Source: Oikopleura dioica
Taxonomy: Eukaryota; Animalia; Chordata
Assembly: GCA_907165135.1 (NCBI GenBank)
Contig: OU015566.1
Span: forward strand, 8,246,001 to 8,310,000
DNA: 64,000 nt
Direction of reading: 5' to 3'
Within the stretch, counting starts at the first letter, position 1; each line of letters starts with the position of its first letter. The notes under the pieces were generated by a model, which made no database searches, was not told where the DNA came from, and saw only the letters and a list, made by a program, of their open reading frames with translations. A program made the translations under genes and the position numbers. Shown here in pieces: positions 47,814 to 62,430 of the stretch.

Positions 47814-48568
47814 GTTTTTTGATCACTGAGGCTTTACTCTCTCAAAGAGCGGAAATAATATCTATGCGGATGCGTATACTTGCAAAGAAATGACGAATTC
47901 TGATTTATCATCGAAAGTTCTTCGCATTTTTATTTTAGCAATTTTATCCTTGTTTATTTGGAAACAGTAAAATTGAAAAGAATGGGGGCAAAGTATTTTT
48001 TTTTTGGTGGACGAAAAAAGGAAATATAAAAATTACTCAGGGCGGCCTTAATTGAAATAAAAGAATGAATGCTATTTTTTAAAATTGAAATATATATTTT
48101 TTGTCTTGGTCAGCAGCATTTTCAGCATGTGTTGTATACCGTTAGAGTACTTATCATGATTATTTAATTAAAATTGAGACAAACAAATAAATAAGTAGTT
48201 CCTTGGTCCGGGCATAGGCAGCATCTCTGGCCCGTTAGAGAGTTAAAATTTCAATAAAAAAAACGATAAAAAGCTTCCACCAAAAATGAAGAGAAAAAGG
48301 TAAAACTCAGAATAAAATACAGTTCAAAAACACAAAAGATAAACATATTAAGATACTATTTGTGAACGATGGGGTGGCCGAAAAGTTTAAAAATTTGTTA
48401 CTCTTGAAATTACTTAAGTAAATAAATTTACTATTTGAAATTGTATAATTTATATGAATTCTTAACTTGGGGGTAAAAGCGAAAATTGGATCGGAGAAAT
48501 AATGTGGCTGGTCTTTGGACAACTTATTTTCAGAGTATGATCAAGTTTAGTTCGATTCAAGTGTATCT

Positions 48569-51133
48569 TTAACCGGCGTCTTCGTCCATTGGGTCGCCAA
48601 AGTCCTCGCCAGGAGGGGCTTGATTGTTGGCCAGTTGGTCTCGGTTGGCTTCTAACTGGCGTTGTAGTGCAGCGAGATCCTTATAATTATAATTCGATAA
48701 TAAGTTCGCTAACACAATAACTTACGGGTAAGTTTTGCATGTTTTGGATTTGCATCTGTTCCAAAATCATGTTGGCATTTGCGATTCGCGGTCGATTGCC
48801 TCGTCCTCTATGATTTCTTCCAACATCATTTCGTCTCAAGCGGAAGCCGTTAGCCTAAATTATTTGTAAGAAAGAGTGGGAGAAAGTGTTGATCACCATT
48901 TCGGGCTCTAAGTTCATAGGAGCTTCGTGTAATTCAACCACCTGTAATTGTTGACCGTCGTCTTCGTCCTCTGCCATGCCATCGTCGTTCGCAACCTAAA
49001 AGATGTTTTATTCTAGCGCTGAAAGGGGCTTTAAGTTTACCTCATTCGTATCGCCATTTTCACCATCCTTTTCAGCGTTAAGGAAGTCCCAGATAAGAAT
49101 TGTGTCGTCATGTGAAGAACTGAAGCGTTCATTAAAAAAGTGGTTTTTGGAAGTTACTACCTGATAATTTGAAACTCGTCGAATTGGAGTCGGAAAACAC
49201 GCCCAGAATGCTTCTCTAGCGTTTGAATGCACAAATTATTTGAAGGAATTCGCGGGTCGAGCGCTTTTTTCAAATCCCAAATTTTTATTTTTCCTAAAAA
49301 ATGAGGTTTTCATCGATATAAAACGAAACTAACTTACCATCATATGCACCAGATACAATTCGCTTATCATCGAAGCGGATGCATCGGACGAGCTCGTCGT
49401 GACCTTCGAGGGTGCGGAGGGATGTACCGTGCTCGATGTCCCAAATTCTAATAGTGTTGTCGGAGGATCCGGAGACGACGATATTCTCGCGGTATTGCAG
49501 GCAAGCTAGATTCAAAAATCGAATCAAGAGTAACGAAAGAAAGGAGACTTACCGATACCACGTCGGTGACCTTGCAAAGTTCGGACGAATTCGCCTGTCT
49601 GTGCCGTCCAAACTTTGATAGTTCGATCTCCAGAAGCCGAGACGATGTATTTCTCGTCAAAGTCGACTACGTTTACTGCTGCTCTGTGTCCAACGAGAAC
49701 TTTTTGGAATTTGATTTCTAGGGAACATGTTAGCCAAGGTTTGTGGTTCGACAACAATTGACTGATACAAGACAAATTACTGCTTGAAGCACTCATATTG
49801 AGTCGATCTCTTTTTTAGTTGATTTGATGAGGGTTAAAAAGTGGGCGATTGATTTAATTGATGATTTTTATATACAACTGTAATAGTAACAGTAAGACAA
49901 AATAACAGTATTTTGCAAGAAAAATCGGTGATTCTTACCTGAACCGAATTTCTTGCCTAGAAAAGAAATTTTATTCACCAGAAATTTATTTAAATATTTA
50001 CCTGCAAGACCGTATGGCTTGGTCATTTCCCAAACAACGATTGTTCGATCTTTGGAGCAGGTGACCATGACGCCATTGTAGTAACGCAAGTGAAGAACAG
50101 CTTCGGAATGATGCATCAGCGTGTTGATTTGCTCGCCCCTTTCCGCGTCCCAAACTCGGACAGTGGAATCGGATGAGCCGGTAATGATGACATTTTCGTT
50201 GTACTGAAAAAATAAGCCGTGTTCTCTTTATCGAAACTTTACCTGTAAGCAAAGAACAGATCCAGTATGTCCAGTGAGTGTTTTTCTACACTCGAGGGTC
50301 TTTCTGTCCCAGATTTTGATGGTGTTGTCTCTCAAGCCCGAGACGATCTTATCGTCGTCGTATTGAAGACAGTACACACCTTTGCTCTGCTCGCTCTCGC
50401 AATTGATTCGGGAAATGGCGCATCGCCCGTTTCGCCAATTGCTCTCGATTTTAGCGATGTCTTGGTGTACGGATGGGCAAAGCCCTCGGAAGAAACTATC
50501 GGGTCGCGGTCCCTCTAAAATAAGAACTTGAGATCTGGAATCAGAATCAATCTGAGATACCTTCTTTACATCCGCGGAATAAGTACTTGAGCCAGCCTCG
50601 TCGCTCTGCAAGCCCTCTCCAGACTGATTTCTTTTTCACCTGGTTTTCGACGTACGCTTTCCAGAGCATTCCATCGTGCACAACGTCGTGCCATCCACGG
50701 CAAACCTAAAGTTACGTGTAAAATGTCGTAAAAGAAGCGGATTTTACCATTTCTGCGTTTCGCAGTGATTTGGAGTCGAGATAGCCTAATATACATTTGG
50801 CGAGGTCTGGTAGACCCTCTTTTGCCAGTTGCGAGATGAAGTCCCGTTGAAGAAGCGGCTGCAGAGTATGGTCGATTGCGCCTAGCTGGAAATGGCTCAT
50901 GTGTTGCATGAGTGTGCGGACCAGGTCGATTTGCTCTGGCCCAGAACACCGGAGGAATTGTTCCACGTACACATGCTTGTTTTGCTTGTATTCATCGGAG
51001 AAAACTTTGCGCTCGAGTTGACTAAAGCGGAAATAATGAGATTGAAAGCGCTACATTTTTACTCTTACTTTTCCTCGCCATGGCTTATTTCCATGCCAAA
51101 GTCGCCCTTGTAAGATTTGCCGTCGTAGTCCAT
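48569..51133 (-). CDS. BTRC: beta-TrCP F-box/WD40 protein (BTRC/FBXW11) with C-terminal extension
   Basis: D domain, F-box [73 protein letters not shown]. Confidence 0.97.
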
Positions 51134-51492
51134 GCGGACTCGGCTTGGATTTTGCCGCTCGCTGGGGGCAAAAGTACTGCGCCTTTTATCTTCTCAAAAT
51201 TCTAGTGCTCACGGGTGATGTTGCACTCGCTCACACTCGTCTTGCTGTTTACCGATTTGCGACCGTCAAAAAGCGATGAACTCACAATCTCTAAAAAGGA
51301 AAAATTCTAGAGACAAGCTTGAAGAAATCAAATGCTTTTTTTCGGAACAGTGGGAGCTCCACTCAACATTAGTTGAATTATCCTTAATTAAATAAATGTA
51401 CAAATAGCTTTCACGCTAATAAATAAAGGTATAAATTGGTTATCTAAGATGTTAATTACAGTAACTTCTTTTCAGAGCAAGAAAAGGTAACT

Positions 51493-54400
51493 CTAAAGTT
51501 TGAGCAAGGTCGATTGGAAGAACGTTCTCAAAATCGCTGGTATCTCATTTGGCTCTTTCACGATGTAAGATCTCCCAGCTGGTAGCTCGCTTTTCATCCT
51601 TTCTGCTTGATCCCCGAGCGACCCAATGCAAATGACGCAAGTGTTGACGGCTTGATCGAGGTCAAGCGCGTCTCGCAAGTATTTGATCGGGATTCCATAC
51701 CTCTCCAAGTTCGCATCCGTCAGTAAGATCAGAAACCTCTCGTCGGCTTCCTCGTCAGCTGCCAATCGTCGGATCTGCTCACGGGTCGCCTCGATTGTGT
51801 TGTCGCCCGGGAAGCAAAACTGGGGATGAGAAGCGCATTCTTGAAGCACCTTGAGTCGCTCTTTATCGGTTTTGGGCATGTTCTCTACGAGTGATAAGGG
51901 AATGTAGCGGTGATCACCAGAATGGCCTACAATGTCCCATTTCACTTTGTTCCTCGCTGCTTCTGAATCAAGCCCTTCCATCACCATGCAGAGTGACTCT
52001 AGCTGCCTAGTAAGTCGCTGATCAGTGCCATTGAATCGGTACATCGAAGCGGAACAATCAGCAAGAATCGTGAGTCGCTTCGGCTTTTGATTATCGAACC
52101 CTTGGTCATTGTTGTCCGGCTCTCGTCGTCGGCGATAAATGAGTTTCTCGCCAACAAGTCCTTCAACTAGCTTATTATCGTCAAGTTCACCATCAGTTTG
52201 ATTATTGAGCCACTCTCGTTCTTTTGTTTTTGCTTGAAGGCCCTCGAAAAGCGCTCTCATATTTGAGATATCATTACGAATCGGTTCTCGAAACTGCTGA
52301 TAAGCTTCGTGGTCATGTTTACTCATGCTAATTTCTTTCAGTCTGTCCCGCAATGCTGCATCGGCTTGTTCTCTTGCTGCTCGACGGACGTGTTCGGGGA
52401 CATCTGCCTTTTCCTCATCCGATAATTGGTGAACATCATGACCTTTGTCAAGTCTGTAAGGACCTCCTTTGCCACCGAGGCCAGCAGTATCTCGACCGCC
52501 AGTGCCTCCAGCCCAAGTGTTGCCTCCAACGTGGGGCTCATTCTTCGGGTCTTCCTTTCCGTGCTTAGGCGATGATGTATCAAGCCCGGAATGACGCTCA
52601 TACTCGAGACGAACATCTCCATCGCCCTGGCCGACCATATTTTTCCACTGCGTCATCGCCGATGCCAAATTTTCGCGGCAGCTGTCAAACTCTCTAACAT
52701 TTCCAATACCATCCACAGTCACGACTGTTCCGTTACTCACACTTGCACCAAGGGCAAAGTCTTCTTTTCTAGCAGCAGCCCACCAGCGATCATGGTCAAC
52801 TTCGGGTACTGGAATGTAAGAGACTTTTTTCTCTTTCAAGTCGGTAACTTCGATGAAGGCTCCAGCGCCAAGAGGACGAGGGTTCGATTCGGTAAAGATG
52901 TAACCAGGAACGCGTTTTGGTGGTACAAGTTGCGCAACCATAGTTGGAGAAATCCAATGAGCCTTTGACATTGTCGCTCCAGCGACATCTTCTGGTCTTG
53001 GATACTGAAATTCCTCGAATTTATCAGCAGTTGGCGCACCAACGAGCCAGCCAGCTGATGACCAGCCGGATACGAACCCGCGTTTTGGAGTTTCAGGAGC
53101 TTCGCCTTCTTTCGGTTCCTTGGAAAATGGACTGATTGAAATCGGTGCTCCGTTTTCCACGAACTGCATGTGACCAGATTCAAGATTCACAAGCCAGTAT
53201 TCACCATCAACAGATTCAACGAGGAGAGTGTTTTTGTCGAAAGCTTGAGCACTCATCGGCAGAATTCCGAGATCGATACGTTTCATCGTTGGCCTCTCAT
53301 CTTCAACAAAAGTGAGTTGGTGAATGAACGGATTGTTGGCGGAGAAAAACCAGACAATTCCATCAGACTCGCTGTACGGCGACAGAATTTGGAAGTTTTT
53401 CATCATTTTATCCGGGCGGGGGTCATTCACGCCGCCAGGCATTGCTTCTCCTCGAGAGTAGCCAAACTTTGTGATGCTTGAGAAGGTCGAGCTCGGACTA
53501 AGGCGATAAGAAGACTCTTCTTCAGGCCGAAGAACCATCATTTGATTGGTAACCGATTCCTGGACCAGAAATTCGTTGTTTGGCAGAGCACAGATATTGA
53601 GCTTCGGCTGGAAACCGTAGCGGCCACTTTGAAAGGCATCCCATAAGTCGAAATAAATAATTCCATCAGGTTTGGTGTGTGAAAAGACGCCGATGGGACC
53701 TTGAACTGCCACGGAGATGATGTTATCCGAAGAAATGGCGACGGAAGCTGGCTTTTGCGACTGACCGTACTCAGGTAGTTGGAATGACCTTCGCTGCTCA
53801 GAAAAGAAGTTACGTCGTTCAGAGTGGTCCTTTGCTTTCGGCCAGCTCTTAAAAGGCACGTTAGCTTCTTCCACATTCAGCGTTTCCTTCTTACTGACAG
53901 GAAATATTAAACAAAAGACAGATTTTTCGCTAGAATTTGCTCTTTTTGTTTCCCACACAAGGTCTCGAAACTAAAGCTACTTTGCCCGAGAGTTATCAAT
54001 ATTTCCGCCCTAGCTGATGATCTTTTCCTTTTGCGAATCTACTAACCAATGGCCCTGAGACTTGGGCGGGTCGGACAGACGCAATTCGGCGGCAAGACGA
54101 ATATCATCGTTCCGAGCGTTTATTGGAATACCATGACGCATAAGAACCTCGAGCACTTGTTTTGACGCCTCCTCGTTGTAAATGTCAAAGTCAAAGACAT
54201 TCTCACACGCAGTCTGAGAAGCGATAATCAATATGATAGAAAGTACGCAGGAGCTTACCTGGAGGCCATCTTCAGGGTACTTTTGGAAATGCTTCACAAT
54301 CGCCACTGCTTCTCGAGTACTGTAAGGATACTGTGTTTGACCGCGATCGGCAAGGCTTCGTAATTCACCGAAAGTAGCTACCAAACGGTCGAGAATATGA

Positions 54401-57362
54401 TCTTCTAGGTCTGGTGCGTAAGACTTGAGCATTTTCTTCTCAGACTCAATACTCGGGTTGTCAATTGCGAAGCTAAATTTAGTTAGATAAGGTTGAAACA
54501 AAGAAAAGGTTCACCAGGAAAAGGAATCGCCACAGGCTCCAAAGAAATCATTTCCGAGGAAGGGGAATCCAGGTCTATTTGCCAGCGCTAGAATCCTGAA
54601 CTTGGGATGTAACTTAATATCGGCATCGTCTTCCTTCGAAATGACTCGTCCGTCTGGAAGCCGAATATGCCCACATTCCAAAAGCGAACGCAAAACTGCC
54701 GTCACATGAGTAGGCGCCTTGTCGGCCTCATCGATGACCAACACGTGACCGTTCAGGCAAGCCTTGACGAGGGGCGAGTCTTCGTAAACAAGCTTTCCGT
54801 CTCTCAGTGCAGGCGATGCCGTTAACTGTTGGATTGTTGTGTCTCTGAAAAGATAATGAGGTAAAATTTTCGTCTTTTGAAAGTCTGTTTACCTGTGGAG
54901 CTGGATATATTCGCGCTCGCGCTGGAGCAATTCCAAAAACCTATCAGCCAACTTATTCTTCCCAACTCCTTGATTGCCGACAAGAAGAATGTGTTCGCCA
55001 AGGATCCAGTCGGATAAAAGAGCTTCCAATACTCTTTCGAAAGGGTTATCAAACTATCATATGATATATCAGCTGAAATATTTAAATTGCCGGCGATAAG
55101 ATCTATCCTACAATTTATCTACTGACAAGATTGTGAGAAAATCGTTTTATATCCCTACTCTATCTTGCGCATCATTATGATAAAAAAGTGGAGATGGAAC
55201 TTTTCTCGGTTCTTCAGCAGGAGAAATCGAACAAGAAACTGAACCAATTGTGAGGCTATCTGGAGTTGAGGTAATTTGGGTTGGTTTTATGGCACTCGAC
55301 GGGGCTGGAAACGAGCTCATTTGTCGATCGAGTGCTTCTTGGGTCGACAGTGGCAAAAAGTTGGTTAGCGCTGCGCGTTGAAGTTCTTCGCGGAGATTCA
55401 AAGATGGGTACTCAGAGATTCGCCGAGCTACTCGGATAAGCTGTTTTGTGGAGAAAGATTGGGCGATGCTTCTGAGAGCAGGGTCGGTGCTGCTTCTCAG
55501 GGAGTGGGCAAAACGAGTCATATCAGCAGCAACGGATTGTTCCACGCCGAGGGATTGAACGAGTAAACTGGTCTCATCATTTTGTGGAAAAGGAGCAACC
55601 TTTATAGAGATAAAAAAAATCGTTATAGAATACAGACTAAGGCAATAAATAAATAAAGTTTTTCTTTAACTCTTTCCTGGTGCCATAAAAATCCAGGGAC
55701 AATTTCCGGCGTGAGCCATTGAGTTTTTGACGTAGGAGGTTCCGCCAGTGCAATTATTTTGAAGGCAGGGTGGATCTCGTTAATACCTTTTTCGTTGAGC
55801 TCGGCAGGTGAGATTTTCTGCTCGGAAAGCATTTCCGCGAATGTTTCTGCGGAGACAAGTCGTGTCCCGTCGTGAAGCGAAATTTCGCGATCTTGCGTGA
55901 GCCGGTTGAGCAATGCCAGTGTTCCTGGGAAGAGTCGATCTAATCCATCGATGATTGCGATGCGGCCTTCGATAGCTGCATTCACTAGAGGGCTGTATCG
56001 CCAGATTGTATCACCTTTGTCGTCTGTCACACGCTGTTGAAGAAGGTCACGGGCGGACATATCCTGGTAAAGAAGCACCGGCTCTACTTTTTGTCCGAGA
56101 AGTCGGGCAGCCTCGTTCGCTAGAGTTTGCTTCCCCACACCTCGGTTTCCAATCAAAGCCACGTCTCCAACGGACAGCGATGCAAGAATATCGACGAGCT
56201 GGTGTTGTCGACCGCCAGTTGGATAGAACAAGCGATCTTGATTCACCTCACTGCTTTTACTCGCTGCAGAGGGCATTGAAAAACTCTGTTCTGCTTTGCT
56301 CATGAGTCCAGTTTTTCCAGAGACGTTTATTTCGGCTTTTTCATTGTCGAAATTGATACTTTGAACGGACAAATGATGCCGTTCTCGTGGAAGATCAAGT
56401 TTGTCAGACGCTAGAAGGCCGTTGACGCTCTTTACGGAGCTATCGGTAAGCATTCCACTTTCATAAGGATACAATCTGTCAAACAGAGCGAAGGGTGTGT
56501 GACATTCATTCATCAAAGGCGACAACCGGGGGACCATGTCGACAGGAAAGACTCCGGCGCCGAGTTTTCTGGCTTCAGGGGAGTTGATAGCATATCCAAC
56601 ATCTAGAAGTTTGCTGAGCGACTCTTTTTGTGACGCTTCTGTGATGTTTTTGATATCGTGGTATTTTGAATGTTCGATTTGTCTGGCTTGAAATCGCGAG
56701 CGAAGTGGAGGATCGAGCGGTGCACCCTTGAACATCGGTACTGGCAAGCCAAGAGCAATCACTCTAAAATACTCGTCCACACGAATCAATCCAGCTTCTA
56801 CCATTTGTTCCGGGCTTCCTGTCTTTACAAGGTGATCCCATCGACTCGGCGCCATCAAAAATCGACCATCTTCAAGTTGGACCTCACGGTTTTCAAGCAA
56901 GTTGTTCAGAACAGGGAGAACATTTCGCTCACAGCGCTCGATTCCGTCCAAAACAAGAATTCTTCCGTTCACAGCAGCGCGAATGGCCGCTGCGTCTTTG
57001 TATACTGCGTTTCCATCGATGATTTCTCTTCTTTGTTTGATATCAGTTTCTGTTGTGTCTCGTGATAGAGAGAGATATTCAACTTCTCTGTTGCTTAATT
57101 CAGCGGAGGCAAGCGCAAGCCATCTCTTTCTCGGTCCAGGTGGTCCGATAAGAAATGAATCCTGGCCGAGGATGTCTTTCTTCCAAAGCCACTGTATGTG
57201 TCTGAGACTGTCCTGTGAATGATCGAGGAGACGCGCAAAGCCTCGAGGGATTAATTCCGGGTTCTTGGCATCACTTTTGACAAGAGGACTGACTTCGCCA
57301 ATCCGCTTTGCTTTCACAAGTGACCTCTTCCAATTTCGACCGTTTCGCGAGAGCCGTAACAT
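51493..57362 (-). CDS. VWA8: von Willebrand factor A domain-containing protein 8 (dynein-related AAA ATPase + VWA)
   Basis: GPPGPRKR, LVLDGIERCERNVLPVLNNLLENRE, GNRGVGK, LVIDEADKAP, GGNTWAGGTGGRDTAGLGGKGGPYRLD, VWA motif DCSASM. Confidence 0.97.
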
Positions 57363-57478
57363 GAATCTACGATAAGAAGATGAGTAATATATGAATGCGT
57401 AAATTTAATCTACGTAAACGAAAGAGAAATAAAAATGAATGAAAATTCATGAAAAAAAATACAGAAATATGAAGAAAG

Positions 57479-58314
57479 TCACGAGTTTTTGCTGCAAGAT
57501 GAAGGGAAAAGTGGGTCCGTTTTACTTTTCCACTTGACGAAATCAATATGTTCGACTTCTGATAGGAGCTTTTCAGATGGTTTTGCGTCACTGAAGTTTC
57601 AAATGTCAGTTTTGATGCTGAGTCGAATCAATTTTACCTGTCAAGAGAACTGAGAAGAGATCTCAAAAAAGGCCTGCTTGATAATTTCGCTCTCTTAGAA
57701 ATCAAGCTGTAACTCAACTCCTCCTTGCTCGCGAAAATCTTGCTCAGATCGACATTTCCTGCCTTGCAGCAAAGATGAAACTCGCGGACGGCCCGGAGAG
57801 CTTGATGTGACTCGCAAAGAGCTGAACTTTGAGAAATTCGATACGGAAGAACTGCACAAAGAAGGCCCATTATCTCAGTCTGAAGACGGCAGGAATGCGC
57901 TATTCTAGCGCCCAGCGCTTCACAGATTGGAAACGATGGACAGTCCGTGTTCTCAAGCCGATGTTCGAGGTGGACACAGTCCCAGGGAAGTTTTTCGATG
58001 TCTTCAATTGCTTGGCAGAGCTAAAAATATACCATGAGGATAAAAAAGATTTACAAAATGTACTCGCTTACTTTTAGAAAATCCTCTCTAGTCAATCTTT
58101 GCTTCGCAAATTTTAAGATTTTCACAATCAGAATTCCTGCTTTCTCCCCCTCAACAGGTCCCAAAAGTCGATGACAGTTTTCCCGGAAGCACTCTCTAGT
58201 AGCAACATCATTAGATCTCTTTTTGATGACGATTTTTCACTCACACGATTTCACAATTTCATCACGCTCCTCGGCAACACGATCCAGCTTCGACCCTGAT
58301 TTTCGCTTTCTCAT
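57479..58314 (-). CDS. Hypothetical 4-exon protein (~230 aa) between AASDH and VWA8
   Basis: GT-AG splicing gives MRKRKSGSKL..|ECFRENCHRLL..|LCQAIEDIEKLPWDC..|DAKPSEKLL..SCSKNS*. Confidence 0.65.
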
Positions 58315-58354
58315 TCTATAAAAAGGAATCTCGGTTAGTTTTCTGTTTGGCTCA

Positions 58355-61300
58355 CTACTGAGGTGAGGTTTTCGTAAAAAGTCTCAGACAAGTTAATTTA
58401 TCGTCTCGACTCCCAACAAAGACGTAAAAATCATCATCTATCCAGAGAGCTCCAATCGATGACCAGCTTTCCGCGCCAAAATTCCAGGAAGCAACACATT
58501 TTCCCTCTTCATTTAAAATCTCTAAGACTCCAACTGTACTCAATAAAACGAAAAAGGGAGGAATGGCAAGCAGCTCTTTGACGATCTTCTTTTCTCGCTT
58601 TGAAAAATGTTTTGAAGTGTTGTGATGAATCCTTTGTTAGAGGCTTTAAAATCAGACTTTCATGAAGTAATTTGCTCTTTGATCAATTTATCGTTATTAT
58701 TTTAGCTTTTTATGAGTTCAAAGGTCGATAAAAATAAGTTAACCTAGTTATGAATCAAAGCCAATCCTGAATATTTCACCTTTTTCATTCGCAACAAGAG
58801 AATGTTTTATCGGAGCAAAGACTGTCTTTTCGGTGATTTTCGTAGCACTTTTTACAGTTCCTTCTTTGTTAATTCTCGTCAAAAGTCCCTTCACATTCAT
58901 CACCAAAAGCTCTCCATTTTCTTCGACCGGTGTGTTGAAAATAGGCCCTCCAATTCTTAACTGAAAGACGGGTCTACTTTCTGAGATTTTGATGATTTTT
59001 CCCTTTGCTGTGGCGACTATCAGATCGTTATTTTGCGTGAGTAAGGGCTTTGCCATCATTGTTTCGCCAATATTTATCTTTTCTTTCAGAATCAGCTTAC
59101 AAAGGGACACGTCCCAGTCATAAAGGAGAATGTTTTCGTTGTAAACTAGACGGTAAAGAGTTACTTCAAAATAAAAAATGAATATAAGTTATATTATCTA
59201 ACTCAAAAAAGGTCGAGTTCGAAATATTTTTTCTACCTAAAACCGATTCGCCGTAAATCATCGGCGGTCCTCTAGCTCCCCCTTGATTGTCTTCAGTGAG
59301 CAGAACATCGCCTGTTCTCGGATCGAGCAAGTGTAAATATTTTCCACTTTCCGCCACGAAGAGCATCGAGTGCCACAGTAAATATCCAGCAGCTTTGGAC
59401 GTAAAATTCTGAGACTAAATAAACATCTTTGTCACTTTCATTTTTCTCTTTTGCTTTTCTAACCCATAAAAGCGTTCCAGTTCTGGCATTAGCAGCGTGT
59501 AAACCGCCATCGTGTGTTCCAATAATGACCAGATGTTCTTCCCCGTCTTCATGGCTCAATAATAATGGGTCACAGTCGGCGCATGATCCAACATCCACCG
59601 CCCAAAATTTCCGCATGTCGAGCTTGAACGATCGCGGCAATTTGTCATCATCAAAGAAATACGGTGACAATGAGGGATCAGCACAGAAATTTTCAATGCT
59701 CGAATACTTGATCGAAGTTTGAGTGGAGTTTCTGACAACTTCGTCGACTTTTTCAAGGTTTCTTCTGACAGTTGAAAGATTCTCGTTCTTTAGCGAGTTT
59801 AAAAACTGTGCGTGATATTCGGGAGGAGGTCTAAGCTCGTTGAGCAGGATCATGGCATCGATCGACGTTCCCCCCGCTTCAAAGAAATTCATCTTCCAAC
59901 TAAAATCGCGTAGACAGATGAGATGTTCAATTAACATTTGGAATGTTTTCGCTAGCTCTACATTGACACCAGTCTGCTCCTCGCGCCGCAGAGTATTGAT
60001 TTCCTCTTCGAGCAGTTTTGTATTCAATTTGAGGGATTTTGACAACGGAATATCTTGTTTTGAGTAGTTGAAGATTCTGTCTGGGACGTTTTCGCTTCTC
60101 GCTGCAGCTTGGATTTCGTAACCGCTTTTGTTAGTTCCGTCGACGACTGCAAGAATTTCATTTTCTTGATTCACGAAAAGATGCAAAACTCTCATCCCTT
60201 CTATTGCCCTCTCGAGGTCGCTTTTCATCTTCATCAAGCTTATTTTCTTGCCATTTCTCTTCACGATAGGACCATTTCTTCTCTCAAAAAGACCACTTCC
60301 TTTTCTTTAGTTTTCTCAATTCTGACTACATCATTTGTCTTCACGATGTCCATCGGTAATGAATCCACGAGACAAGTCCTTGATTCTTCGACGTAAATTT
60401 GAAGACAGTTGTCTGAAGTTCCAACTGAGCATTTCGAGATGCCATCGACGAGGCAAGCGGCGCTTCCATCAATTATCGGATAGTAATCTTCCGCTGTAAT
60501 TTTAACGATCGAAGTCCAAATTGACGCTTCAGTGACTCCATAGATGTTCCAGAAGTCGACTCCTGATCCTCCGAAAATGCACCGCAGAAGTTTTAACGCA
60601 GGGAATTCTTCTCCACCAAGAAGGACATCTTTCAGATAGGGAGAGTTTATCCTAAAACATAGAAATAAAGCATCTTGGAAACATTTCGAAAGATTCTCTT
60701 ACTTGCCCAGTCGAAGCGCTAGAGAAGGCGTAATAAAGACCCTTTTGATCGCATTCTCCCGAAGAGCAGACTCAACTTGGCTCTGTGACGCAAGAATCGC
60801 CCGTCGCGAGATTAAAATTAAATCGCCACAGCTGAAAACTCCCTCGAATATTGTCAGTATCGCTGAATTATTCAGTAAACAAGCGACCTCTCTAGACAAC
60901 AAAAACTTACGTCACAACTGACCGATATTAAAGTCAACTAAATTCTACCTGGGTCAAATGAAAACGGCGACAAAACAAGAGCGGGATCGCCATCTTCATC
61001 CCCAAATTTCCGAAGAAAGGTGTTGACATTTGAGAAAAGAGCTTGTTTAGGACTTTTTCCATCAGAGCGAAAAGGGGGTTTATTCTCGTGCGCAAGCCAT
61101 TCCTTCGGTTGGAACAGAAACAACAGAAGGTTTAGCAGATTGCGTTCCGCTTGTTTGAGCATGTTAGAGAATTCTTGATGTTTCTAGCTTCGCTCGTTTC
61201 GTTTTTGGTTCTTTGTTGCTGGTTTTTGTATTGGAGGAAACAAAAATGATTTGCCGAAGATCTTCAAATCGCCTTTTGGATGATTTTGAATCGTGTAGTC

Positions 61301-61642
61301 AAAGGATGATTGAAGACTTGAATCATTGGAAAAAATAAACGAGTGGCTTGATTTCTGTAATAATTTTCAAAACAGAGCGTTAAAAATACGGACTTACAGC
61401 AATAAACAAGGCAAAAACCAGCCAAGAAGGATGGTTATCCGACGATTTGAGACGAAAAGAAGATCCACTCGGGATCGCGTCAAATTTACTGGCGATTAGA
61501 TCAAATGCTTCGATAATATCCGAGGATGAATGGGTAAATTTGCAGTCGAAATCATAGAAGACTATTTTTCGTCGACGGCTTTTCGTTGGGATAATAATTT
61601 ATTATTTTTATTGTGATTTCTTTTCTACTAGTAAAAAATCAT
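58355..61642 (-). CDS. AASDH: AASDH/ACSF4 (beta-alanine-activating, NRPS-like adenylation-thiolation-PQQ protein); start tentative
   Basis: A-domain motifs SFDP, TPSL, LGGEEFP and NIYGVTE; carrier-site FFEAGGTS; PQQ-type beta-propeller repeats (WAVDVGSCADCDPL, GGPIFNTP). Confidence 0.88.
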
Positions 61643-62430
61643 TTACAGTCCGTTTTGGGCACAACGACTTATTGAATTGATAAATGAGTAATATTTTTAG
61701 CAAAAATAATCATTAATTTAATAAATATTTTTAACGAGCATAACAGAGCCTCCCATGAAAGCAAATTGAATAAAAAAGTTGTCCCGTTTCCTCCAATTTT
61801 CTATCTTCTTCTTTAGAATTTCTCTACTGTTCATGCTTCTTTCAGAATCTTCTTCCCAAATTCGATTTCTCTCAGATTTCTGGCAGCTCGAGCGTTCGAT
61901 CGGGGGGCTTTTCCTGGACCAGGACGAACCTGCGTGGAGGCGTCAGACGCCCTCGGGCGCAACTTCGACGAAAATCATTTCGTTTTCCGCGAAAAAATCA
62001 TCAGTTTATAATTTTTATCCTTTCTCGTGAACGTGATGGCCAGCCTGGCGGATTAGCTCGAGCGTGGGAAAATAAAACAACGCGCCCACGAGATTTGATT
62101 CTGAAAGAAGCACAGAGTCGCATTGATTTTTTTTTCATTTTTGCTTCAAAGATTGTTATAAAATGTTACTGTAGCTTCATTTACTGCGATCTAGCCCGGA
62201 GCAGCTAGTTCATAAATAGAGATTTTTCTGCTCTCATCTGAATAATATGATTATCTGAATAAAATGAATACTATGATTAACTTTGTTGTTTTTTATGTTA
62301 AAAATCTTGATAAAAACTTATGGCAAGCACAGAATGCAACTGCAGTAAGCCTTTGAAATTCCAAGTCTGAAAAGAACCAGCCCCAATATATATTATGAGA
62401 GCTTCCGCTTTCACACCAAAGCATTAAATA

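Noticed and set aside
3726-61642. Dispersed NRPS-like pathway (GAD + stand-alone condensation-fold enzyme + AASDH)
   Set aside because: The genes lie 10-35 kb apart among unrelated housekeeping genes. AASDH and GAD are ordinary metazoan genes, and nothing links them.
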